DNA of 64,000 nt, from positions 30,256,001-30,320,000 of the forward strand of contig OZ024747.1 of the NCBI GenBank assembly GCA_964016885.1. Reading direction: 5' to 3'. A program made the translations under genes and the position numbers. Of this stretch, positions 47,163-60,600 are shown piece by piece. Each line of letters starts with the position of its first letter. Position 1 is the first letter of the stretch. Below the pieces are notes generated by a model. The model did not search any database. It was not told the DNA's origin and saw only the letters and a list, made by a program, of their open reading frames with translations. The stretch comes from Eledone cirrhosa (taxonomy: Eukaryota).

Positions 47163-47929
47163 GATTTGTTTATTTGAAAAAAATCAACAAAGATTTAATA
47201 TAAAAGCTCTGTTTGGGAACATGTTTTGAATTGACCAATAGAAAAGTAGTAAGAGGTCAAGTTGATAGAATAGTAGTAGTAGAAATTTAATTTAGGGGTA
47301 GAGGAGTGCAGACTTATGTTTTGAATGAAAAGAATACTTTGAATGAAAAGAATACTTTGGGGATGAAATGAGGTCAAGTCAGTGAAGGGTACACGAAAAT
47401 GTTATGTTATTAAAGAATAATGTTAAAAACGAAGGAAAATAAAATTTTAGGGTAAGAATATTAGTGAGAAATACCAATCTTATTTAAACCACAAGGAATC
47501 TAGATCTATAACAAGAAATTAAATTAATTGATAGGTATACTTATAGTGATAAATTTATATTAATTCATATGAATGTGATAAATAAGAATTAGATGTTATT
47601 AAAGAGTGTTGTTAAAAACGAAGGAAAGTAAAATTTTGGGATAAGGGTAGTAGTGAGAAATACCAATCTTATATAAACTTCAAGGAATCTGATTCATAAC
47701 AGGAAATTAAATTAATTTATAGGTATACTTTTAGGTATTAATTTTAGGAAAAGAGAGCTGTAAGAGGGAAATAAAATTATGAAGTTCTCTGTAGTAAAGT
47801 ACTAATTATAGGTTAACTAAATTAAAAAAACTAATTATAATAACATGTAAAATATAAGTGTAAGGTGTATATTAATTAGGTTTATAATATTTGAAGGTTC
47901 TTCTAATTCTATGATTGCAAGATATAATT

Positions 47930-48550
47930 AATTCATGTCGCTTATTTAATAGGATATCCTTAGATTTCATTATTTCAAAAAGTTCCTGGGAGCATATCCT
48001 TAGCCCTTTCGAGCACACGCCAGGTCAGGTTGTAATCGATATTCTTCTTTCTATAATTATTAATGGTTTCAGCCAAGGATGTTGTATTAGCTAATGCGGC
48101 ATTTTTAAAACTATTTTTTGTGGGTATTAAATCTTACTTTAAATTGGTTAGACGTAGCTCCTATATATGAATAAGTAGAGTCCTTAGTGCTAATTTTACA
48201 TTTATAGACTATGTTATTAATAAGACAATTTCCCTTTAATGGGCAATTTCTTTTGATTCTACAGTTACAACCATTCCTGAATATTATTTCAGGGGAGTTA
48301 GTCAAATTTGGTGTTGAATTTACTCGACTTGTTATAGGTGAAGGAGATGGTGGTTTGTTGCGGTTTATTTTAGTATTATGGTTGGTTTGATGTATTGTTG
48401 GTATATTTGTAGGTATTTTACATTTATATGCGTTGTACGCACTTATATTTTGTTGTATATTTTTGGTAGTGGAGTAGGAAAATTTGACAGTTGATCTATT
48501 TAAAATGTGATGGTATTAATGGTTTGGCGGGAAGCTTTTCTCTAGGATAG
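47930..48550 (-). mobile_element. Naiad-type Penelope element, linker plus GIY-YIG fragment
   Basis: ILNRSTVKFSYSTTKN...GCNCRIKRNCPLKGNCLINNIVYKC...YIGATSNQFKVRFNTH. Confidence 0.9.
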
Positions 48551-48832
48551 TAAACATTTTTTTAGGGATATTATCTTTAATTTGTAGATTAAATGGAGCA
48601 TTATACCAAGTAACCCGTCTATTACGGTTTCGATATTGTTTTTTATATTTATACGATGTAACAGGATGTTTATAAGAGAGTTACTATTTATTAATTTATC
48701 TTGACTCTGTTTTCCTATGATTTTCATCGAAAAGTTTTGAATGCATCTTCTCTTTTCATAATTTATGGATTACATTGAGTTCTTCATACGGATTGGACAC
48801 TACCGTATATTTTTGGTAGATTTATCTACATA

Positions 48833-48874
<42 letters not shown>

Positions 48875-48877
48875 CGT

Positions 48878-50230
48878 CTCTGAAATCACTCGGTCGTCGG
48901 ATACGTCTCGATTCTACGAAGCAGATTTTCCTATAGTCCTTTAACATCGAATTTCTTCGTTTGTTGATTTAGATCCTGTTGTTGCCATTCCATGAGTGGT
49001 CAAGAATTGTACACGTCACCGGTATTTCTAGCCACTCATGGTTGCCCACTTCTTGCTTCTTCTCGTTCTCCACCTGTCAATCAAAATTTCTTCATGTATC
49101 AGAATTACTACTGTGGTGGGAGAAGGGCTGTAATCTTGAACGGCTGGCATCACTTCCACGTCTTAATTGCCCCTCGGGGCCTCAGTCTACATCGGTCAGG
49201 TACACACCCGCAATTATGCTGTATATTCATCATAAATAATGCTTTGCGGGAATTAAAAAAAAAAAAAAAATCATAGGGATTTTTATCGTAACATTTGTAG
49301 GACATAGCCTTAGGATACCCTCCGCTCTATATATTTCAAAAAGAAAAAGAAAAAGAAAAAAACCTGTATCATGAACGTTTTTTTTTAAATAGCGTTTTTA
49401 AAAAAAACTTTGAACAACCATTCAAACGGAAGGGCTATATCAAGGGTGTTTTCAACAAATAGACCCAGTTCTACACTCACACACTGGACTCAGGGGAGCG
49501 TGCATAACCAAGACGCCACACACTTATATAGGCAGAAGAGAAAAGAAAAATCCATGGAAAGTCATCCGTACCTCCACTCATACATGCTCAGACAAATACA
49601 TCGACCCATGCATGTGAACACCCATGCCCATGCATGTCTGTGTGGGCACACATACATACATGCACCCGCGTGCTCCCACCCCGGATGCATATACTTGATG
49701 AGTACCCCAAATCCGTCTACCCACGCGCCGCTGCGCAGATGGTGCACACAGTATTGTATGAGACAACGCATTTGAGGCCTTGACCCAACCTGATCACGTG
49801 GCGGTGTGAGTCCGAGGGTGCCTGCACAATATGTCTAAATGTTACAGCAGCACAATATCCCTGCACTAATCGCATATAGCGTTGGTGGTGGATATATAAA
49901 AAACCCTGTATGTACATAACAAAAAAATAATGAAATAATATACAATAATAAAATAAAATAAGATAAAATACAATAAAATAAAATGCTGGAAAAAGAGAAT
50001 GCATAATTCTGATAAATGAAAAAATTTTGATTGACAGGTGGAGAACGAGAAGAAGCAAGAAGTAGGCAACCATGAGTAGCTAGAAATACCGGTGACGTGT
50101 ACAATTCTTGACCACTGATGGAATGACAACAACAGGATCTAAATCAACAAACGAAGAAATTCGATGTTAAAGGACTATAGGAAAATCTGCTTCGAATTGA
50201 GACATATCTGACGACCGTGTGGTTTCAGAG
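48878..50230. repeat. Fold-back structure with ~230-bp inverted arms
   Basis: 48878-49107 is the reverse complement of 50004-50230; mirrored ORFs 48979..49239 (+) and 49866..50132 (-). Confidence 0.9.
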
Positions 50231-50295
50231 TCAGGTTTGATCACCATATCGATCGCGCCACGAGCTGGTCGCCCGAGAAACAATTGTAATATGTC
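50201..50295 (+). ncRNA. Type I hammerhead ribozyme with a 62-nt, possibly branched, stem II
   Basis: GACATAT-CTGACGA-ccgtgtggt...gctggtcgcccga-GAAA-CAATTG-TA-ATATGTC: 7-bp stem I, palindromic CAATTG and a GUA site. Confidence 0.82.
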
Positions 50296-50529
50296 CGATA
50301 AATTCCTTTCGTCGCAACACTGATTCTCTTTTTTCTGTGATATCATACTCTGCTCTACGAGGGCATTGAGTGCTCATACGGCCTACCGCATACGGACGCT
50401 TTAAACATCCAACACCAATTGTATATGTATATATGTATGTTTATATATATATATATATGTATATGCTAGTGTGGAAGATAGACGTTAAACGATGATGATG
50501 ATTATTGCAAGCTAACAAACACTCATTAA

Positions 50530-50717
50530 TGGTGGATTGGCAGTATCAGTAGAGGGTTGGATGCCATGCTTTGACGTATAGAGTTACGGCCCTTGCCATT
50601 CTGAATTCAAATCCCACTGAGGTTAACTTTGCCTTTCATCCTTATGGGGGTCGATAAAATAAAGTACCAGTAATGCACTGGGTAATTGCTGGCCTTGTGC
50701 CAAAAGTAGAAACAATT
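50530..50717 (+). mobile_element. tRNA-derived SINE
   Basis: Same head, core and tail as 43661-43848. Confidence 0.9.
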
Positions 50718-51476
50718 GATTACAGAGTACTCCTACTGCTTACACTGGTGAACTGCACTTCTCTATGGTACTTAATATTTAAATGTATTGCAAATTAACT
50801 TTTTAGAGCTTGTGACATGATATAATCTGAAAAGTCTTTTGTTGGTTGGCTAACAACCACCTGTCTATCTCATTAAAGATTTAGCTTTGCCTTTTTAATC
50901 TAAAGGTATTATCTTTTCGACTCGTGTAGCTGCAATTTTATCAGTAGTGGTAAATGCAAATGTAATGTACTAGAGAAAGGAAACAAGGAACCAAGGTGGG
51001 GATAGAATCATAGCTAGCATAGGAGAAAATTATAATGGTTAGAATGCAATTTGAAATTTGGATCTGTATCAGAGCATGAAACTATGGATTTCTGATAAGA
51101 CAGTTACTAGAATGTTTGTGAGAGAACAATTAACTTTATATTGCCTTTATTGAACCATGAATTTGACAGGAGTTCATGTATTGCAAGGCAATAAGCAACT
51201 GTATATAAATGAATGGCTTGTAAGTGCCATTGAGGCCATATAAAGGAGAGGATAACAATTGGCAGAAACTTAAATATATATATTGAGTGAGATAATTGAA
51301 TAGGTATGTGTCCACCATGGTTTCAATGAAAGAGGCTCTATGTAATCACTCAACCAGCTTGAGATAGCAGCCAAATCTCCTTCACACTATCACTATAGTT
51401 ATAAATATATAGAAAGACATTGGATAATGTAGTCCTATATATATATATATGTATATAGGACTACATTATCCTAAGT

Positions 51477-51515
<39 letters not shown>

Positions 51516-51817
51516 TACATATATACATATATACAGGACTACCAATGTCTTTTATATATATATATTTATACTTTATAAATAACAATCAAAGGTTAAAACA
51601 CAGATAAACTTGTCAAAGAACATTCTGGGGATACACAATATCGGAAGAAAGCAAAAATAATAAATATTAACATTGATATAAGAGAAGAAAGCAAGAAGCA
51701 TATGAAACATTTCTTAAATAATTATAATATAATCTTTAAAATAATTCTTTAATTCTATAATCATTAACCCTAATATTTATTATTGTCGTTATTACACCTT
51801 GGCTTACTGAATAAACA

Positions 51818-51992
51818 TTATTTCTACTTTTGGCACAAGGCCAGCAATTATCCCAGTGCATTACTGGTACTTTATTTTATCGACCCCATAAGGATGAAAG
51901 GCAAAGTTAACCTCGACAGGATTTGAACTCAGATCGTAAAAGGCCGTAACTCTACGCTGCAATGCATGATGTCCAACCCTCTACCGATACTG
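51818..51992 (-). mobile_element. tRNA-derived SINE
   Basis: Reverse complement of the same family (tactggtactttattttatcgaccccataaggatgaaaggcaaagtt). Confidence 0.9.
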
Positions 51993-52944
51993 ATGGAAAA
52001 AAAAATAAGAATGAAAGGGAGGTAATTAATAAATATTTTTTAAAGGAGAGTTACAAATTATTAAATGTTTATTCTTATTTTTTTCCATCAACCATTATTT
52101 GATATATTTAAAAACTCTATGCTAAGATGGAGAGCTCTTGCCACCCCTCCTCTTCCCATTCTTTTTCTTCTTTTCTTTTTTCTATATATCCCTATTCTTT
52201 CTTTCCTTTTGTTTTCCCTATGAAATATAGTGAAGCTATGTGGCCTAGTGGTTAAAGTGTTGATCTCACAATTGTATGATCTCAAGACCATTGTGTTCTG
52301 AGCTAGGTATTTCATTTTACATTGCTTCAGTTCACTCAGCTGAAAACCAGTACCAGTACCAGTACCAACAGCAGTAACATCTGGAAATGGAATGGTGTCT
52401 ATAGTTTCTGCTAAACTCTATCATCTTAACCAAAGGGTACATTAAATAATTCAGTCATAGTTATACAAAAGATGAGATGGCCATGGCTTGGCCATCATTG
52501 ATCATAGGACTGCTTCATCAGAGTTTAAAACTTTTCATTGTCATACATTTAATGGGAGACACTGCATAGAGTTTTTTAATAACATTTGTAAATAATCAAG
52601 AATTTGAAGGGATTTACTAATATAAAGAACTTTATCATTATTAAGCTGTTTGAAACATAACATAGGAAATGTTCTTACATAAAATTATGTTGGAATATTT
52701 TAGATAGGAATGAATACTTTAAAATAAAGTTTTCAGGCAGTTTGGTATCAAAAGGGCTAGCAACAACAAAATCTAACAAATAAATGAATCTGATTTCAAC
52801 CTAGTTGGGTCTCATTGAGCATCTATTTAGCTAGAACCTTGTATGAAGTCTTGTACTGTCGGTTGCTTAACATAATACAAAATTGAAACATGTTCCAGCT
52901 TGATAAGCCTCTAGGTTTGTCTAAAGTCTAAAATCTGTCTTGAG

Positions 52945-53306
52945 CCTAGAGGTTCATTAGACGGGTGCTTATCCTAGTTTCTAAGGTGTTAAGTGACTGA
53001 GAGTGTAAGACTTCCCTACTGGACAGGACACCAGTCCATTACAGGGCTATGTAAAGTATATTCATAATATTAAGTTAAAGTCTATCTCGAGCCTGGAGGC
53101 TCATCAGGCTGGTGCTTATCCTAGTTTCCATCATGTTAAGCTACTGAGAGTGTAAGACTTCCCCCTGGACAGGATGGCAGCCCATTGCAGTGTTAAACTC
53201 CCAGTTATTGTTGGTACACATTTTCAGCTGAGTATACTGGAGCAACATAAAATGAAATGTTTTGCTCAAGAACAATATACAACCCAGTATACAATCCATA
53301 TGTGGA

Positions 53307-53340
<34 letters not shown>

Positions 53341-53447
53341 TTTTACACAAGTTTAGATTTTAAAATAAAGTTTTAAATCAGTCCAGGAATCAAACCCACG
53401 GCATCATGATTGTAAGTCTAACACACTTACCACAAGTCCATGCACCT
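52945..53447 (-). mobile_element. Older SINE-like element of a second family, partly duplicated
   Basis: gagcct.gagg.tcat.ag...ggtgcttatcctagtttc...gagagtgtaagactt recurs at ~52942 and ~53089. A tRNA-like head lies on the minus strand near 53385-53447. Confidence 0.55.
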
Positions 53448-54041
53448 CTAGATTTGGGGCAGATCTTAATGAAATAATTTTACTTTTGAATGAATTTAAC
53501 CATGTTCTAACAATGATCATCTCATCCTATGTATATCCAGGACTAAATTGTACTGTGTTTTTTGGGGGGCCCATGACTTAGTGGCTCAACAAATGGAGAT
53601 TGATATATTAAGTACCGAACATAAAAATAAGTGTGAGGTGTTGCTGCAGCAGGGCCTCAGTCTGAAACCAGTAAAGTACTAGAAGGATATAGAATTGATT
53701 AAACTCATAAAGTTATATTTAGTTTAAGTAAATGAGATAAAGATTATAAGAAGCTGACCATATTTGAAAGTGACTAACAAGTTTTTGATGATTATACATG
53801 TGTTGACTGACATAATATGGGAGCTTTGAGTGAATGGAAGTTAGGGAAAGAAACATATATATATAGAGAGAGGTAACAGAGAGACATGGGTGAGGTGATG
53901 GGAGAGGTGGTGGCGGACGAGGCGGACGTAGAGGAAGATAGATTGAGGGGGGTATTTATAGAGAAGAATAAGAGGGAAATACACTGAGGGAGGAAAGGAG
54001 AGAGAAGAAAGTAGGAGAGAGATGAAGAAAGAAAGAGATAC

Positions 54042-54075
<34 letters not shown>

Positions 54076-54884
54076 ATGATTGAAAGACAGGAAGAGAGGA
54101 GGAGAGAGTGGAATAAAGAAAGGTGGGTAAGAGTTTAGGGCAGAGAGGGAGACTGGCAAAGAGAAAATTCTAAAATAAGATGAAAGATGAAAACGGTTGA
54201 AAGAGGAACGAAAGAAAAATTATAATGATGATAGTGATGATGAGGATGATGATGACAATGATGATGATGAGGATGATGAGGAGGAGGATGACAATGATGT
54301 TGACGATGACGATGATGATAATGATGAGGAAGATGATGATGTTGTTGATGGTGACAATGAGGATGCAATTTAGGAAGAAACTGCTCTGAAATCCATTTTC
54401 ATATACAACATAATAGACCCCATTAAAACGACATGATTTATAAAATTTGGTCAGGGGTAGGGTTGGATAGTTATTTGGTGGAGTTGAAACAGAGGATGGC
54501 TGGTGATTAAAATAAAATTGAAACAAAAAAAAGATTTAAAAAAAACAATTTAGTTTCTTCATTACCACCACCGTCACTTCTTGCATGAACAATTGAATCT
54601 ACCCCTAAACCACACTCTACATTCCACTATCTAAAATTGACCCTGGTTCTAAATTACAAAGCTGTTTATCTTAGTGTTTATATTCATCTAAAAACCTGCC
54701 ATCATAATTTTATTTAAGAACCTTTGTGAAGTTCTACTGTAAACAACAGCTTGATAATGAGAAAGTCAGTGATTATTTTCAAAATTACTTGAAAATTATT
54801 TGATAATCACGAGCAATATTTTTCATTAGAAGTATGGGGACAAAAGGGTTTTAAAAAAGTAGAATGCATTGGATAGTGTGGCCA

Positions 54885-55060
54885 TAAATTCATTAGGAAC
54901 ATTCACATGAATGCTGAGAAAGGTCCAGAACATATCCTGGAAAACACTTGTAGCAAATAAATCAGTCTACAGCTCACACCTTTGTCTTTTTGACATCATA
55001 AGGCATAGGAGGCTTGCATTAGCTGGACATATGAAATGTCACAATGAACCTACGGGAAAC
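54885..55060 (+). mobile_element. Old LINE 3' RT fragment
   Basis: MLRKVQNISW...IRHRRLALAGHM, the same region as 23608-24002. Confidence 0.6.
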
Positions 55061-56622
55061 CTGATATGTGCAGATGAGGTGGGAGCCCAACCTCCATGCT
55101 GAAGCAATGGTAATGTATAGAAGAAGAAGAAGAAGAAGAAGAAGAAGAAGAAGAAGAAGAAGAAGAAGAAGAAGAAGACATAATAATACATGATACCCAT
55201 AAAAAGACAATAAACATTATCACTAGCATCAACTTATTGATCACAGCATCCATCACATTGCCTGACCCAATCAATGCAAGATTATACAGAGATTTGAGAA
55301 AGATTTGATAGTGATTTCTTGCACGTCAAGTAACTGCATAGACTTCCAGCTAACAAAGAATCAAACCCTTACACTCAACCATCACACTACCCAGGGACCT
55401 GACACAGAGAATACATGTTAGCATTATCATTATTTAATGTCTGTTATTCATGTTAGCAAGGATTGGACAGGTCTTCTCAGATCATGTCAGTACTCAATCA
55501 AAGTCATTGATCTTGCATTCTACAGAGTGCACTGTGCATTATATCATAACACCAGCACTAAGGAGGTTGTCATGTTCTTGGCACAACTGAAGAATTCTCT
55601 CTACTTTTTGTTTGGTAAACTTTATATAGCTAGATGCCCTTCGTATCACCAACCACTTTAGAATGTATACTGGGTACATTTTGTCTCATCGCCAGCAACA
55701 ACACAAACACCTTCCACACATTTTCTTCTAGCTACTAACAGCATAAAATTTTCAATTTAACTCTCTGCAATCAATACATAAAAATAACATACTCAACTCC
55801 AACTTATGAAACAACACAAAATGCTGTGAAGATTATCTATGAAGTCACCATGCTGATATAGTGTACATGAACAATCCTTCAAAAACCTACACTTTCTCAA
55901 ATTGAAAATCAAAAGGTTCCATCCTCTCTCCCACTCTTTACAACTTACACCTAACTGATTTTTTCACCTCTTACACACAGGGCCATATTTAGGTTTGGGG
56001 GTCCAGGGCAGTTTAGGTTTGGGCTCTCAAGGTAGTTCAGGTTCATGGAGCTCAGAGCAGTGCAGGTTTTTTTTGGAAGGGTATAGGTGTTCCTAGAGGG
56101 GGCCCTGTTTGACAAGGGGTGCCTAGAGCATTCACCCCATCCCCCCGAAATCTGGCTCTGCTTACACAAAGCATACAGATTGCCTCTTACACAGAGAACA
56201 TTATACTCACATCCCCACACTATTTTCCAGACACTGCTGTATAAATACTCCAACACTCCTGGCATTCTTGATTCAAGAACCAGCTCTCTACTCCCTGCTA
56301 TTGGGATGGAGGTTGCCTCCCACAACAGTGAGCCCCTCAATTTGGAATGGCTATTTCAACACATCTCCCTCACTGTCCTGCTGTTCTGCATGTCAGGGAG
56401 GATTCTCCCACATTTTCCCGGCATGTATCATTGTGGTAGTTTTGGTGGTGGTCTGTGTTTTTATGATACATACACATAAGTACATACACATATGTACATA
56501 CTCGTAAGTACATATGCATATGTGCATACACATAAGTATATATACATATAGAAACTTCCTTACCATACATACGCATACATATTTTTTAACAATTGACAAG
56601 ATTTCAAACCTCATTTGCTTAC

Positions 56623-56714
56623 TGAGTAGGGCGGAACTCGTCAAATCGAACCAAGGAAACAATGCCTCCATTGGTCTTTTTTCCATTGTTGATACTATCT
56701 ACTTTTTGCAACTC
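56623..56714 (-). CDS. Candidate internal coding exon of an unidentified host gene
   Basis: Acceptor ttgctatttctgctag|, a 92-nt open frame (ELQKVDSINNGKKTNGGIVSLVRFDEFRPT) and donor |gtaagc. Non-repetitive composition, but no family recognised. Confidence 0.3.
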
Positions 56715-57194
56715 CTAGCAGAAATAGCAACATGAAATAAAGTGTTTTACTCAAGAACAATGCATTGCACCAATCCAGAAATCAAACTCACAACCTCATG
56801 ATAAATCACTTAGAAACCTGGTACCATAGCATACTTAAAGTAGCAACTACCAATTCTACTGTCTACCTTCTCAGCAATAGTATAGAAAATAAAGTATACA
56901 TACAACCTTTACACTGAACAACACCCGGGTACATAAACCATGAACACTCACAGTTGTTGTCACTCATAATTGTATTTCTATATTCATGGAAATATCCCCT
57001 CTTGCCATCAGATTAAATTATTGATATTTACAGAGTGTGTTGATGTTGTAATCGAAACTACTTCAAAGGGATTTACATATGAGCAGTTTGGTGTTCATTT
57101 ATGTGTACTTTAAAGGAAATATAACATGGCTTTGCCAGACACTATTGATATACACACATATATATCTATGTGTGTATATATATATGTGCATATA

Positions 57195-57244
<50 letters not shown>

Positions 57245-57512
57245 CATACATATGTGTGTGCATGTGTGTGTGTATATATTTGTAGTAATTACATTGATCC
57301 TTTACAGAAATTTAGAATGTCTTTTAAGGTCTGATGCTTAGAAAGTAAATTATCACATGCTTCATTTTCTGTTTTTTTTATTTTACTCTCTATTTCATCA
57401 TCATCATTGTCAATGTGCTCCTCATCATCATCATTGTTGTCACCATCATCATCATTATGATCGCCATCATCGTCATCAGCATCATCATGATTGTCACCAA
57501 TCATCATCAACA

Positions 57513-57640
57513 TAATAATAATAATAATAATAATAATTGTTTCTATTTTAGGCACAAGGCCAGCAATTACCCAGTACATTACTGGTACTTTATTTTATTG
57601 ACTCCATAAGGATGAAAGGCAAAGTTAACCTCGGCGGGAT
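57513..57640 (-). mobile_element. 5'-truncated SINE with (TAA)n tail, adjoining a Tx1 LINE tail
   Basis: Reverse complement of the SINE core and tail. Confidence 0.85.
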
Positions 57641-60600
57641 TAATAATAATAATAATAATGATAATAATGCTTTCTTTATTAACCACAAGAGTTGACACAA
57701 AGTATAACATTAAGGACAACACAGGACAATACAGGATGGTACAAATGGGCATTTCTGCGTGTAAAAAAAAACAAAAACAGAGGATGTAACAAAAAAAGAA
57801 ACAATGAAAAATTCCCCAATAGGGGACAGACTTCCGAGGGTTGCTCGTGGAGAAAGTCCACAAAAAAGCCACGGATACCCTGACCGCTAGGGCAAATGCC
57901 CTCTTCCAGTTTTCCTCCTACGATGCACACGCTCAGGGTAGACCCATTCACACGGGCCATTCTTGCCTCTCTCACCCACCTTTCAACAAACTGGCTGGAA
58001 GGCAGCACTCCCTCTCCACCCTGATTTTCCTTTTCAGGTGAAACCGGAAAAAGTTAATGAGGGCGTCACCGAAGAGGAAAGTACCCGTCTTCAACCCTTT
58101 CAGATGTGTCCACCACACTATCTCTTTTACCATAGCCACCAGGCAGATAAAAGCTGCCTGCCATTCCCGGCTAAAGGAAGGCAGCAGGGCAATCCTCACG
58201 ATGGACTCAGCTGATAGCCGGATCCATCCAACACGTGACAGCAGATGCTTGACATAAACCCACAAGCCAGCAATGCTCGGACACTGGACGAGTGCGTGCA
58301 GGATGGTTTCATTGCCCTGCGTGCATCTCAGACAGACCTGGCTGACAGCATTTCCATGCCTGTAAAGTTTATCCTGAACTGGCAAGGCTCCTCAGTAGCA
58401 CTGCCAGGCCAGGGATTTCTGGAAGTTGTCCATGGGCATTCCAGTCTCCAAGCGCTCCCTCTTAGTCTTCGCTTGACCCAGGACTGCAGTTCCGTCAAGG
58501 AGATGAGCTGGGGAAACACGCATCTAGCAAACGGCAACCACACCTGATCACCGTTGAGGAAGAGGTGGAGATGCTGCAGCCTGAGCGCATGTCTGCGCAT
58601 CATCAGCCACAGCATGCCCAGCCCTCTGCATAGCGGGTGTTGGCAGCAGATGGACCGCCTGAACATCGAAGCATGTCCCTTCCACAAAAAGCGAAAGAGC
58701 AAATGCTTCAGCACAGTCAGGCGAGGCTTAGGACAAGGCACGACGGTCAGGTGGTAGTAGATGATGGACGTGATGTACACATTCTCCACCTCCGCTCAAC
58801 CGTTCAGGGATAGCTTCCTCTCGGCCCATTTCTGGGTGAGAGAGGTCACCCTGCTCGTCACGTTGTCCCAGTTTTTGTTCATCTGGAGGTACAGATCGAA
58901 TCAGACCCCTAGCAATTTAACCGGTCCATCCGTTCAGCGCCTGACGATGCTGTTGGACAGCATGGACCTGTCTCTCTAGGTGCCGAGATGCAGGCCCACC
59001 GGCTTTTCCTGTTGCTCATTGTTCCTGTCACCGCCTCATATTCTCTTAGTGTGGTCCGATCGCCTCGATGTGTTTGGCGTTCGACACCATTATGGTGACG
59101 TCGTCTGCATATGCTAACACAGTTCTTCCGCATCCCAGTTCGCGCAGGACCCCTCAATGTCTCCAGTTTGTGCAGTAATGGCTCGAGAGTCAATACGTAC
59201 AACAGGGATGAGAGAGGACATCCTTGGCGGACCGAACGCATGATGTTGAACGGTTCTGAAAGGTGACCGTTCACTCTCACCACAGAGCAGATGTCGCTGT
59301 GAATGGCAGCAATCCAGCCTCTGAAGACGGGCCCAAAGCCAGCCGCCCTCAGGACTGCCACCAAATAACGATGGTTGACCCTATTAAAAGCTTTCGACTG
59401 ATCTAAATTGATCAAGGGCCCACCCGTGCCAGGTTCCCTAGCTACCCTCTCCACGATGTATCGCATGAGCTGGAGGTTGTTGTGGATGGATCTGTCTGGA
59501 ATGGCGCATGTCTGCAACCCTCCCACCAGACCACCAACGACAAGCACCAACCTCTTTGCAAGCACTTTAGCCAAAATCTTGAACTCTGTGTTTAGCAGAG
59601 TTATGAGCGTGAAATTATCTATACTATCCCCCTTTTTTGGATCCTTTCTCAGCAGCGCCACCGCTCCTCGGCACACAGAGCTGGGAATTCTCCCGTTCTG
59701 CTGCCAGTTGCAGTAGACGTCCACCAAGAGGTCTCTGAACAAGTCTGGCATATGTACGTAAAGTTTGTAGAGCAGACCATCCAAAACAGGCGATTTACCC
59801 CTTGTGCAGCCAGTCATTGCCTCCTGTACCTCAGCAGCTGTTATCGGCCTTTCGCAACACGCCACCTCAGTGGCTGAGAGCCGCGACAGTCCGTCTAGGT
59901 AGGCACTAAAGTCCATCCCGCAATCCGGCCCGCTGCTGCCCCCGATCATCTGAGCAAAGTATTCGGTTAAAAGCTGCACACATTTGCCGGGGATCGAGTA
60001 GCATGCGCCCATCTTGGTCCGCTAAAGACCGGATCGTGGCTTTGTTGCCACGATGCGCCTCTGCCACTCGGACCCATCAAACGGCTTTCATCCCCTCGTA
60101 TCTGAGAGCACGCCCCTAGCTCTGACAACGCAGCCTTCGTGCTTTGCGTTGAAAAATTGGTCAAAGGCTAATTTCGTCGCAAGCACATTGGTCATGATGC
60201 CTTTACTAAGTGCCTCGTCTAATTTGCTCACTAGATCTCCCTCTGCTCTATTTTTCTCTATTACTAACACCTTAATTAACCCAATGGACTCTATTCTAAT
60301 CGCTCTTTTCAGGGCAAACCACCATTTGTTGTTGACGATGTCCCCCGTCAAAGCCCGCTTAACTAATTCACTAATCCAGTCTCTGTAAGCTTGTGCACTG
60401 TTAACAACGCATTTAGCTTCCACTAGTCGGGTCCCTGTCTATGAAACCTATCTAGGTCAACCACACAGATCACGAAATTTGTGGTCCGTGTAGTCGACTA
60501 TCTTAAATTGTGGACAGCCTATGCTAGACCTATCTCAAGATCCAGACTTTTCCGGAACAACACAGCCCCCCCCCCCAAGATCCTGGACGGTTTGGAGATG

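Noticed and set aside
54370-54500. Possible exon (PSSVSTPPNNYPTLPL...) on the minus strand
   Set aside because: An acceptor-like site is present, but there is no clear donor or homology, and it runs into a (CAT)n repeat.
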